From contig JBHGNT010000008.1 in assembly GCA_043228905.1 (NCBI GenBank), forward strand, positions 16,058,001 to 16,122,000: DNA of 64,000 nucleotides. Reading direction: 5' to 3'. The notes under the pieces are model-generated. The model was not told the DNA's origin. It made no database searches and saw only the letters and a list, made by a program, of their open reading frames with translations. Positions 50,001 through 61,891 of this stretch are shown piece by piece. The stretch is from Azolla caroliniana (lineage: Eukaryota > Plantae > Polypodiophyta). Position 1 is the first letter of the stretch. Each line of letters begins with the position of its first letter. A program made the translations under genes and the position numbers.

Positions 50001-50544
50001 AAGTTATACTAAACATTATCCCATGTAAATATTCTAGACAAGCATGATAGAAAAAGTTATCCATGCATACACACTCGAGTTAAATGAAGAAGTATGATAG
50101 AAAAGCTAATCATGCACATGTAGTGTGCATGAACACTTGAGTTAAAGAAAAAGCATGATGGGAAAAGTTAATCATGGACATGTAGTGTACATGAACATTA
50201 GAATTAGAGAAAGGCATGATGCTTGCATGTGGTAAACGTAGACTCTCCCAACACTATATAAGGATGGAGGAGCAAATTGTGAAGGGTTGTTGAAAATTTT
50301 GAGTGAATATTATAGTCTAAACATTGATTAATATAATACTTGTGAAAATTCACGTGTCTTCGATCTCTCTTCCAATCTATTCCAATAAAATTAAAAAACT
50401 ATACTTGTGGGATTCACAAGTTTCTATCTCTCTTTCTTACAATTAACACATATTCTCATTAGCCTTAAACTCTCCTCTTCCTAGTCTAAAACCTCAGCGG
50501 TTTCCACCCGACTCACGCAACGATCCACGCCGAAAGGCACGACA
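47033..50544 (+). mobile_element. Gypsy non-chromovirus (copy B) right part: RNase H, integrase, PPT, 3' LTR 49207-50544
   Basis: RFLG..VTVDTSP; ETDCLP..NVVADMLSR; GH..CKKCQ; DQGE..PEANGKIERGH; FGPY. No chromodomain seen. LTR TGTTGT...CACGACA. Confidence 0.9.
49358..50280. repeat. 3 x ~305-bp tandem repeat within a Gypsy LTR
   Basis: TAACATTGTACTAGC starts at 49358, 49662 and 49971; each unit carries CTATATAAGG near its end. Confidence 0.95.
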
Positions 50545-53500
50545 ACGTATAACAAGATACATACCGGACCTTCCGGACCTTTCTAGATGAACAGTGAAGA
50601 GTCGGACTTTGAGGCCGCAAGCCCCATATTACGCAACCAGTGCGTGACCTTCGAATTCCATGCATGAGGGGCTTGCTTTAGGCCGTAAAGCGACTTCTTG
50701 AGTCAGCACACTGTTGAGTGGTGCACCTCCGATTGAAATCCGGGGGGTTGGATCATGTAGACCTGTTCTTCAAGATCACCTTGAAGAAACGTATTCTTCA
50801 CATCCATTTGGTGAAGACGTCATCCCCTTGTCGCAACAAGCGCCAACACTACACGAACCGTTCTCATCTTTGCTACTGGAGTGTAGCCCTTGGCCACTAA
50901 GTAGGCCTTGTACCGGTTTAGCGAACCGTCAACATTATATACTGCACCTTGTACACCCACTTGCAACTAATCTGTTTGCAATGTCGAGGAGGGTCAACTA
51001 GGTCCCATGTGTCATTGGCATCAAGTGCTCGCATCTCTTCCTCTATAGCGGCATGCCAATCTGCGTCCTTTGCCGATTCTCTGGCTCACGGACCTCTGTC
51101 AGTTTTGTCATGTATGCATAGTGAAGCATGTACTCATTATATCCATACCTTTTTATGACGTTATTCTGGTGGGTCGATCGGCACAGTTTCTACTCTGCCA
51201 ATTTCTTGGCCCTCTTGGCTGACTTAGAGTTTTGTTCTGAAGATTCATCTTTTTGTTCTTTCGAGGGTTGGATTCGCTCCGATCCGACTCTTCTTTGCCG
51301 GTGTCATACTCCGACATCTTCTTCTTCCCCTTTTCATTGCACACGAACCGTCTTCTTGGTTCCTTATGGAGAGAAAGCACGACTGAGTCTCCACTACTTG
51401 CCGACTCGTCATTGGACTAGTCATTCCAATCGAGTCGTTCATTCGGCCCGCTTAGCTTAAATGAAATCGAACTCTCATTTACAATACCGAAGTCTTCTTC
51501 TTCTGTAGCCCCGATCGTTTCGGGCTCACTGGCCTCATCTTCCAAAATCGAGTCGGAGTCGGTAGAGAGTGCTATGATGCCGACTCATCAAATTTGACAT
51601 CTCAGCTTACTCGGACTGTCTTTGTCTGGGGGTTGTAGCACTTGTACCCCTTCAACTCATGAGAGTAGCCGACTAGAATGCACTTCTCCGACTTCGGGTC
51701 CAACTACCTTTTCTTTCTCATCCAGCACATGCATATAAGCTATGCTACCGAATATCCTCAGGTGTCGTAAATTCGGCTTCCGTCCAAAATATAGCTCGTA
51801 TGCTAACACCTTATCCCAGATTCGGTTTTGGATGTAGATGGCCGTCTGGACCGCCTCGGCCCAGTAGAAATTTGCCATGCTCTTCTCTTCCAGCATTGCC
51901 AGTGCCGCCTCGATGATCGACCGGTTCTTCATTTTGGCCACTCCATTTTGTTTCGGTGTGTATAGGCAACTAAATTCCCTTCGAATTCCTTTCTACTGTA
52001 GATAACTGTTGAATTGGCCAAAATAGTATTCTTTTCCGCCATCTGACTGCATGCACTTGATCTTTCTCTCCATTTCCCGTTCAAGACTTTGTAGGTTCCG
52101 GAAACAATTGAAGACTTCGCTTTTCTTCTCGATAAGATAGATCCACATGTGCCGGTTGTTGTCATCGATGAAGGAGACAAAATATTGGCTTCTGTCAAGA
52201 CTAACGTTCTGTGTTAGTCCCCATACATCCGAATGTATCAAGTCGACCTTGTTACAACTCCGATTTCTTTCGATAGGGAACGAAAGCCGGTGTTGTTTCC
52301 CGAGCTGGCAAGATTCACATATTTGGGCCTTCCGGCCACTAAATTTTGGCAATCCTAAAAAAACATGTTTCGATTACAAGAGTTGATGCCTTTGATAGTT
52401 GACGTGGCCTATACGCTGATGCCACAAGTCGATACCCGACTCGACCTTTTATCATTTTGTGAACAAGGCGGTGTCTATGTCATTGGTGTTGAGGATAAAC
52501 ATCCTCTCGTCTCGGCGCCCTTGCTTGATGATCCAGACCTCTTCCTCGATGAAGCACCCGAGATGTGTAAACCGCACTTGCATCTCCTAGTCGACGATCT
52601 GCCCTACCGACTCTAGGTTCTTTGTGATTGCCGGGATGTGAAGCACTTTCATAAGCTTCCCTTGTTGTCCGACATGACTCACATGGACTTCTCCTACATG
52701 CACTATTGGGTGAAGAGTGTCAACTCCGGTTTCGACAGCTCCCGGTTGCTCTGGCTTTTCAAGAAACGAGAACCACTTTTCGTCGCTCGTCATGTGGTTA
52801 TATGCTCCGGAGTCAACATACCACACTTCCTCCAATCCGGAAGTGGTCTACTTCATGGATTTTAGCTTATGCTTCATCACAAAGGTTGTCCCTTTTCCGG
52901 TCTTATCAATTCCGGATCCTTCTGATCCCTCAACGTAGTGCGAGCATTGTCGGTTCCCTTGTTCGGCCTTACTGGATCCGGATTTATCCGAATCGGCGTG
53001 CTTCTTCCAACACTCACTGTCCCGGTGGCCTTTCTTGCCACATTACCAGCATTTTGTGTTGGTCTTTCCGTGCCGGTTTCCGGCGCTGCTTTGAACCCCC
53101 TTGCTCCCCCCTGCTATCGGCACTATCTCTGTGCCTCTGATTTTGCTCTTGCCAGCCGCTGCTATTGTGCGTCAACCCACCTTATCCTCCACACCCACGG
53201 GGCCGATCCGCTTCCGTGTATAGCATTAGGATGTCTGATTGAGTGTTCCTTGACCCACTTGTGTGGTTTTCTTTGACCATAAGCATCTATTGAAGGTCGA
53301 AGAAAGACGGTGGCTTCTCACGGTTGGAAATTGCCATCCGGATTGGCCTGTACCGGTGTGTTAGACCATCAAGGTAGATCTGGACCATCTTTTCTTCGTC
53401 CACCGTCACGTTGATGGACCCGAGTGTGTCGTAAATTTCCTTGATCTTGGCGGTGTAGTTGGTGACCGACATGTCCCGTTGCTGGATAATGTTAAGCTCT

Positions 53501-54383
53501 TGCTGGAGCTGCAACTTCCGAGCCGTGGTACTTGCGGCAAAAATCTTCTGGCGATTTTCCCAGTCCTCCTTTGGAAACTTTGCGTCTCTGATGTAGTCGA
53601 GCATCTAGTCGTGCACACAAGATGTGAGACAATACAACACTGTGGTCGCTCCTTGCTCCCATGTCGGGAAGTGCATGTGTGCCGAATCTGGTGTTACTAC
53701 ATTTGCTCCTTCCACATAGCTCCATTATCCATGCCCCAATAGGTATTGGTGCATTTTATACGACCAAGACGCATAATTGCTCTTGTCGAGCTTTTTTGTT
53801 GGATGCGAGCTCGCCATGCTTCTGTCCATATCTTCCTTCCTGTTCTTTACCGGGTGTTAGGGTTTGTCTGTGAGCATCACCCATCGGCAGCAGAGGATTC
53901 TCAACCCTCACGCTCTGATACCATGCAAAGAATAGCGTGTGGAAGCTTGTAGACAAACCGGCTCAGCTGGATAACAATAGTAAAACAAAGATGAAGGTTT
54001 AATGGAAGCTTGAGAATACACGGTACGTGGGAGTGATAGAGAGAGCAGAATAGCATAAACTTAATTCCAAATAATAACACTTTGTATATACAAATGTCCT
54101 ACAGAACACTTTTTATACAAGTCCTTACAGGACTGACAGAAGTACTCACAAGTATTTCAATGCTCATACGAGTGACTGACACTAACTCCAAGGAATCTGG
54201 CTAGTACTAGGCTAAGATTGTAGACCTCTAACGGCCTATCGGTTACAATCCGATCCATCTCTCCGATCCGGTTCTTGGTTTCGGATACGAATGATACCTA
54301 TCCGGTTAAATTTCGTTCTGGATACCGATCGGGCTCCGGCTTATTCAGTCAATTCGGATCTGGTTGAGCTTGTCCGCTCAACA
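50545..54383 (-). mobile_element. Copia family B 5' half: LTR 53924-54383, PBS, gag, PR, IN, RT up to LLYV
   Basis: PBS 53912-53923; WYVDSGAYNHMT; HSDVWG..FIDD..SDGGKEY; RT cut at CILLYV by the Gypsy LTR. Confidence 0.92.
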
Positions 54384-55989
54384 AGCCTGTCTGCACAACA
54401 AACTCAATTGCTCATCATTCTTTCTAGTTCAACAATATTCTTGTATAGCTTCAATGTAGTTGCAAATGTAGTACCTATTAACAATTTAAAATGAAGATTG
54501 CTTTAGCTAAACATGAACTATATTGATTTCTAAAGGCATAGCAAACAAAGTTATAATAATTTACACGAGCCAGAGAACAGATATATACTATCGAATCTCC
54601 TTCGTTGGAGAACATTTCAAATGACAAATATCAATATTAGCTAGAATTTATTAATGGATAAATCAAAATTCTCAATGTAAGATAAATATTCCTTACCAAG
54701 CAAGGTTTTGTATCCCATGGCAACGAGATCCCAAGGTTTTGTATCCTTGGTCCATGCTATGGAATACCATACGCTATGTCAGTAATCAATAATATGTATT
54801 ACTTTGTTGGTAATATGTGTATTATCTCAGCCACATCACCACAATAGAAATTATTGCATAAATCTCAAGTGAAATCCTTTTTGTGGCTAAATTTCTTAAA
54901 AGTGTCATCGTCTTCTACACCATATGCCTTCACTAAACGTTGTAAAAAAATAAAAATAAAACTGTGCACATGAACCCGATACATTGTATCAAGTTGTGAT
55001 GAAAATGTATCAAATTCATATGTAAAGTTTTCTTTTTCCGAAAAAAATAATTAAATATGATATTGTTACATTTTATGGATTGTATTGAAATCTCGGTTTT
55101 TAAAATAATTGTATCGATGGTAATTGGACCTTGGAAATGTTGTTTACATGGTCTATACAATATTTATGTGGTTCTCAATCACCACATTAAGCATCTAATG
55201 TTTATCTTGATAGTTTGTCCATCCACAATAGAGAAACATTTATGTGGAACCAAGGATGACAAAATGAACAAAACTCCAGTGGATATGACTATACAGTGAC
55301 AAAAGTTGGATGTTTAAGGAAGTCAACGATAGACATAATAAAAGAGAAATTACCAACTCTAGAAGGTGTCTTAGATTGAAGGCGAACTTGATTTAGTGCA
55401 CATAATTTTTAGACACCATTTGGTTTTAGATAATGACAATGCTTTCATTGGTACATTTGAAAATGAGGAGGAAGAGTCACAATTGTATATTAGTTGTAGT
55501 TGTGACTCTCATGAAAGTAGTGATCATAGTGATGCAAATAACTCCTAAATGTATATTTTGTGAAACGTTATGTAAAAAATTTAAGACAAGATTTTATCGA
55601 ATGATATAAAAAAGTTGATTGTTTCGAAATCTTTTGCTCATGATTTCTTTAAGATCTAAAAAATTACTAGTTGTAATTTCTCCTTAAAAATACACAAAGT
55701 TACTTTTCGTATTTGGCCAAATTTTGGCATTTTTCAATTTTACCAAATGGTGAAAATTTCAGCTTTTTCATCAAGTTTTCGAGAATATGTGATACTAGTA
55801 TCAAGGAGTTTTGTGAAATGGCAAAAAAAGCCCCAAAATCAGATGGAATATTCCTTATCCTTCCATTTGTGCATGATCCTTCCACTTGTGAATGCAAACG
55901 TGTTGATGCTTCATCAGTTATCAACAAGATGATTGGAGTAATATTTTACATCTTGTTGAGTTTGCATACAATAACACAACATACTCTTC

Positions 55990-56352
55990 TATAAAGGTTA
56001 CACCTTTCTTTGCCTACACCGACAACCATCTTTGATGGTCTATCCTAGATCTTCCTGAGGTCTCACGAAACCTTGATGCGAAGCATCACTTTCATTGACT
56101 ACACCAAATCCAGTCAGAGTTATCTTCACATCTTCAAAAAGCTCAAGCACAACATAAGAACAATGCAAATAGCCATCGTCTTAAGTCTCCTTTTAAGGTT
56201 GGTGATGTAGTATGATTTCTTCGTCATCACATCAGGACTACCCAACCATGTGCTAAGCTCGATTATCAACACTTAGGTCCTTTTCTCATCACAACGCAAA
56301 TTAATGATGCAACATTTCGTCTTAATCTTCCAGCACACATGTAGGTTCACCT
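55990..56352 (+). mobile_element. Chromovirus-type integrase C-terminal fragment
   Basis: FKVGDVV..RHHIRTTQPCAKLDYQHLGPF..FRLNLP, homologous to 60480-60660. Confidence 0.8.
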
Positions 56353-57715
56353 TGTTGAGGAGTGAGGCCGTCAGTACGGAAACATTAACAACACTTTTAT
56401 ATGTAGATCACCGAATACAAAAGTCGAAGGCAAGATCAAAGATGAGAATCTGAGAGAGAGAAACAAAGAGGCACACAATGTAACAATTTATTCAGAATAG
56501 TTACAATATAATAGAGGCAACAACTCTCTCACAATAGAAAAAACCTTATGATCTAGGTTACAAAGCCCTTTATATACTAATTGGGCTAGGGCAACTGCCC
56601 TTTGACATATTTATAAAGATCTCCTAAACCTAGACTGTCCAAATGGACAATGTGAATATGGCCATTAGAAATCCGTATTCGATAGTCCCCCGTAATGGGC
56701 ATATACACCAAAAAGTCTATAAAAAAGAATAAATAAGAATTACAGATTATACAAAGTTATCAAACATAACGGTTTTGTTTGAATCAGAAAGATGCGAGAG
56801 CAGAAGGCTAAGTCAACCGGGGTCAGAAGAATTGAAGCTGAGCTTCGAACTATCGATGTTGAATGTCTGAGAATGTCTTGAATGTCCGACTCAATCAGAC
56901 TGATTCTTCTCTATGCCCATCTGGTGTTGAAGGGATCGGAATCGATCCACCGAAAGACACTATGGGTTGTAGGTATCTCCTCGAGGTCAATTTTCCCTGA
57001 AATGACGCAGTCCCAAACAAAGTGATATCTCACGTCAATGTGCTTTGAGGCGTTGTCCTGGACTGGATTTTTCGACAGAGCAACAACACCCTGACTATCG
57101 TTGTAGACAACTAGCGCCGAGTCGGAATGGACTTATCGAAATGTGCGAGCGAGCTGACTAAGCCATAAGGCGTCTTTCGTCGCATCGGACGTGGCTACGT
57201 ATTCAGCGTCAGTCGTTGATGTGGCAATGCACTCCTAAAGTTTCGACTTCCATGATATCGCTCCATTGCTGAATTTGAAACAATATCTGGCTGTCCACAC
57301 AATCGACAAAGTCTGAGTCGGTGTATCTGACTATCCCTGGAGTATCATTCGGGCCGAAGAAGATGTCGTAGTCTTTTGTGCCCATTAGGTATCTGAACAC
57401 ATCAGTGTATCTGACTATGCTTGGAGTATCATTCCGGCCGAAGAAGATGTCGTAGTCTCTTTGCTTTACTGTGTTCCAATGCAATCTGTCGGAGTTGTGC
57501 ATGAATCTGCTGACAACTCCGACGGCATGCGCAATGTCAGGTCATGTCACAACCATCGCGTACAACAAGGAATCGACTATCGGTGCATACGGTACCGACT
57601 TCATAATTCCCCCTCCGGACTGGATGTTGGGTAGTCTCGTTGAGACAGCCAAAGGTTAATGGGGAGCAAGGTCGAAGCAGATTTGGCTGACTGCATGTTG
57701 AAGCGCACCAATTGA
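56353..57715 (-). mobile_element. Copia 3' fragment: RT end, RNase H, PPT, 3' LTR ~56353-56684
   Basis: VPYAPIVDSLLYAMV..AVGVVSRFM; YTDSDF; AEYVA; KHIDVRYHFV; PPT GGGGGAC; internal duplication near 57320-57460. Confidence 0.82.
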
Positions 57716-57727
57716 TAGTCGGTAATC

Positions 57728-58019
57728 TGTAAGGCACCGTTTTGTAAGCTATACCGGACGCCTATAAAAGGATCCGGAATCGATGTAAAAGTTAACGGAA
57801 GTGATAAGAGATTAGACTTGTGTTTTGTTCTTAGTTCTATTGTTCTTGGTGTACTTGCCGTTTTGTGCTTAAACTATTAATCTTACGCGTGTTATAAGTA
57901 ATCGGTTGCGGATTAAGAAATCCGGAAGGCATTTGGACATAGTTGGATTGGAATCGGATAAACATCGGATAACATCCATACCTTAACCACCCCGTTGGAG
58001 AACTGTTCCAAAACGAACA
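57728..58019 (+). repeat. LTR-like fragment (related to 1980-2385)
   Basis: Shares the TATA-containing block described for 1980-2385. Confidence 0.5.
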
Positions 58020-58240
58020 CCCTGTGTTTGTGGCCAAGTCCAGCCTAGGCTAAACATAGTTTTGGCAACCACGATTCTTGCAAAGAGCAATGAACAACAA
58101 CCGGAATGTGTCGGATGACTCAACGGCAGGATAGTCTACGTTGTACTGGAATGGAGAAAAAAAAAGAGAAAAGGAAGAAGTTATCATGAGAAAGAAGAAG
58201 AAGAAGATATTTGAGATATTGAACGATCATAATGAAAAAG

Positions 58241-59680
58241 TGTAAAGAATCGGCTATGATTCTTGTGTAGCGGAAGAGATGTGTGTCATGTGTATGTGTG
58301 AGAGGAATTAGAGGAGAGAAGAGAGAACACAAGATAGATTAGATAGAATGGAGATGGAATACTCAAGAAGAAGAAGATGTATATTCACAAGGAGAATATG
58401 AAATACAAAAGTGTAGCATTACAAGGAGTCACAACCAACATAGTATGAAGTATGAGGAGGGTGCTTTATATAGAGTCACCCTCTCTCTTCATTAACTTAC
58501 AACAACCACTCTCTCTCTTGGGGAATGTGAAGACTCATAGTCATGGGGAATATGTAACTCATTAGTTATGTGTCATAGATTATGATTCTATGACACATTG
58601 TTTAATGTGTAGAGAGTAGTATGACTCTTGACCTTTGAGTGTACATAGATTCTCAAAGGTGTGTTCACATGTTGCACTATGTTGAGCTTGATTCTCAACA
58701 CGCCCCCTCGAGCTCAACTCGGGTCAGTTCCTTTTGATTGATGTCCGTTTCAGTTGGTATCCGGTTCGGACGATCTCCGGTGTCCGCTTCTGCTCGTACC
58801 CGGTTCAGACGGTATCCAGTTCTCGTTTGTACTCCCTCTGAAGCTTGGCAAGTCAAGGATCGTCAATTCGAGGTCTAACATGAATTGCCAAAGCTTGTCG
58901 GCTCCTAAGGCCTTGGTGAAGATGTTGGCTGTCTGAAGATTCGTGTTGATGTGTAGAAGATCGACATCTCTAGCCTGTACGCCCTCTCGAATGAAGTGAT
59001 AGTGCACTTCGATGCCCTTTGTGCGTGCATGGAACACCGGGTTCCAAGCCAGATATATATTGCTCATGTTGTCACAGTAAATGGGAGTCGGATAGTTGAT
59101 GGGGATGCCTAGATCCTTCAAAATCCTCTTGAGCCATATGGCTTCACATGTAGCTATGGTTATGCCCTTGTATTCGGCCTCAGTACACGAAAGTGCGATA
59201 GTAGGTTGCTTCTTACTACTCCAAGATATTGCTCCGCTACCGAGCGAGAAGACAAATCCGGAGGTCAATCGTCGATCGGCTTTGTAGCTTGCCCAGTTCG
59301 CGTTTGTGTACCCTTCGAGTCGTATTGGTGTGGCCGATGCGTAGAGAACGACGTAATCCATTGTGCCGTTCATGTATCGTAATACTCGCTTAGCGCAATC
59401 GAAATGGATATCTCGCGGAGTTTGCATGAATTGGCTAAGGAGTCTGACTGGATAGCTAAGGTCGGGTCGAGTGATCGTGAGATAGATGAGGCTCCTAATC
59501 AATTGACGATATTGTGTTGGCTTGCACTTGTCTGTGCTGGAGTCAACATCTAGTTTGAGGTTTTGATCGAGAGGCATAACGATTGATGTGCACTCAGTCA
59601 TCCTGAACTTGTATAAGAAGTTGAGGATGTAGTGTCGTTGAGAGCACATAATGCCGGTTGGAATCTGAATTACTTCGATG
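58241..59680 (-). mobile_element. Copia family B-related 3' part: RT/RNase H, PPT, 3' LTR 58241-58700
   Basis: ITRPDLSY, SWSSKKQ..EAEY, CDNMS, NPVFHARTK. LTR is of the same subfamily as 61892-62270. Confidence 0.9.
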
Positions 59681-60019
59681 CCAGTCGGCGAGCGTCTTGT
59701 CCTCCATGAAGATAATATCTCGACTCCGTAATACCTTCTTGTCGACCGAGTCCCACACTCGGTAGCCGAACTCATCGTCGTCGTAACCGAGGAATATGCA
59801 TGGCCGGGTCTTTGGATCTAACTTTCCTCTCCGGTCCTTAGCTACATGCACGTACATGAGACACCCGAACACCTTCAGATGCCGGTAGGACACTTCTTTA
59901 CCGGTCCAGACCCTCTGTGGCGTGTCTCCGTCCAAGGGTACTAGGGTGATCTGTTTATCACGTATGTCGCTGTCGACAGTACCTTAGCCCAAAACTTCTT
60001 GGGTAGTTTTGCATGCGCT
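59681..60019 (-). mobile_element. Copia family A integrase C-terminal fragment
   Basis: TPQRVWTGKEVSYRHLKVFGC..KLDPKTRPCIFLGY..EFGYR. Confidence 0.85.
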
Positions 60020-60675
60020 AGAAATCTGGAATATACATCTATTTTGTATAGTAAAATTTAAATGAAAATAATATCATTCGTATTATAATATATAGTCTAA
60101 TGATCAAAAGTTCCATCCATGTAACATAAGGTCATGGGTTTGAATCTTGCCATATCATGACACTATCCTCCCTTTAAAACGACGAGTGTTACGAGTCTTT
60201 TTGGATTGAGGACCTAGTTTGTTTGGATATTGACGATGGAAGTCTTCAAGACGAGCACGAGCATTAGTCACACTCTCTATTGGTTCCCAAGTATGCTCGT
60301 TGGGACTATATCCTAGCCAATCGACTAAATAGAGAGCTTGTTGCAAACAATCTTGGAATCGAGAATGGCGGCAACCTCGTACTCAGGTCCATCTTCAAGT
60401 TCGATCGGGGGTGGAGGTGGTTTAATACGACCTGGGATGGTTTTATCCTGATAGGGTTCTAGGAGAGAACTATAAAACACCGGATGTATCCGAAATTGTG
60501 GGGATAGATCAAGACGAAAAGTGACATCATTAATTTTTTTAATAATACGAAAAGGACCTAATCGCCGATAATCCAACTTCTTGCATGGGCGAGTAGTCTT
60601 GATGTGTCGTCGTCGTAGCCATACCCGATCTCCAATGTTAAAACTAGATGGAAGCTGTTGACGATTGGCGTAAAT
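60020..60675 (-). mobile_element. Chromovirus 3' end: integrase GPF region, chromodomain, PPT, truncated 3' LTR from 60162
   Basis: LGPF..IHPVF; EYEVAAILDSK..YLVDWLGYSPNEHTWEP chromodomain; AAAGGGAGGATAG|TGTCA. Confidence 0.9.
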
Positions 60676-61216
60676 CACATAATTCTTGGTATGTAGCAAT
60701 AGACAAATCTTTTTTTTCAATAAAGTACATGAGTTTCATTGTTGTTATGGCCTTATTTTTGTTAGTATCATCCAATTGTGATACATGCTTTGGGATGGAC
60801 ATTGCTTTCCCTTCAACATCACATATCCACTTTGATGCACCTAATTTATGGCCACTTGAGTTAACATAGGTCAAAATTGCATCAAGTTGCGAAGTAATGC
60901 ATCCAGAACCAACATCCCAAGGCCTAGGACTAGCGTATTTCTCACACCATGTACATTTCATTAATGTTTTCTCTCCTTGCATAATGCATCATATCCATGA
61001 GAATTTATCTCTCCAAGCATCATGTAATTTTCTTTTAGGCTTTTCTTTGGTTATTTTAGAGGAACAACTCTCTTGAGTTAAACTCCCTAAATCAATACCA
61101 AACAAGTCCATATCCTCATTTAAATCATTGTTTATATTTATGTCATTTGTATCATTCGGTGGTTTCCATGCAAACATTGCACTAATGGTTTATTGATTTT
61201 TTCTTTTGGGAGCCAT
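60676..61216 (-). mobile_element. Probable hAT-like DNA transposase N-terminal relic (zinc finger)
   Basis: MAPKRK.., WRDKFSWI..MKCTWC..SSGHK..YFIEKKDLSIATYQELC resembles the zinc-finger region of ZNF862-type hAT proteins. Confidence 0.55.
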
Positions 61217-61891
61217 AATTATGCTGAATAAAAAGAAATGGATCATGTAAGAAAAGATCATGTCGTTGGTTCAAAACAATCACTAGCATCATTAAACCCA
61301 TACATATTAGTTATGACCTATTGAGCAATGATATTTTACATGAATATAATTCTCTTTGGCAAAAAGATCATACTTTGTTGATTATACCTTGAAGCAAAAA
61401 GGATAATCTCTAAGATATGAGTAATGACATACAACTCCAAGCAACCAAAACTTAGTCATATGTCCATATTAGCATGTTACTATCACAACTCCACAATGTA
61501 GATTTTGTATGAAATATGAGAGATTAGCTAAGGTTAAGAGATTGACATTTGTGAGTCTTTCGAATTGCAACACACTCTGAGTGTGTGCTATCTACTACAC
61601 AATAGCCATGAAGAAATTCCCAAACTTTTGTCCTTATTGATGGATCCACACCCTCAGTAATAAGATTCGAATCTCATATAGAATAATGTGGGTTAATCCT
61701 TTGTTATAGGCTTTATACTTTAACAATTTTTAAATTCTTTAACAATTTTTAAATTCTTTAACGAGTTGTCTAAGCAATACACCCCAAATGATCATTGTAT
61801 CATAAAAGAACAGGATCATTAGCTCATTTTAGCAAAAAATCCTTAGAAGCCAAATTTTGGAAGCTATGAGTTTACTACATACCAAACACAA

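Noticed and set aside
49358-50280. Regular repeats as a CRISPR-like array (also 17486-17860 and 14949-15463)
   Set aside because: Whole units repeat with no unique spacers, there are no cas genes, and the context is eukaryotic.
54900-55830. Possible hAT C-terminal and subterminal relic
   Set aside because: Only a faint resemblance, with no paired TIR or TSD.
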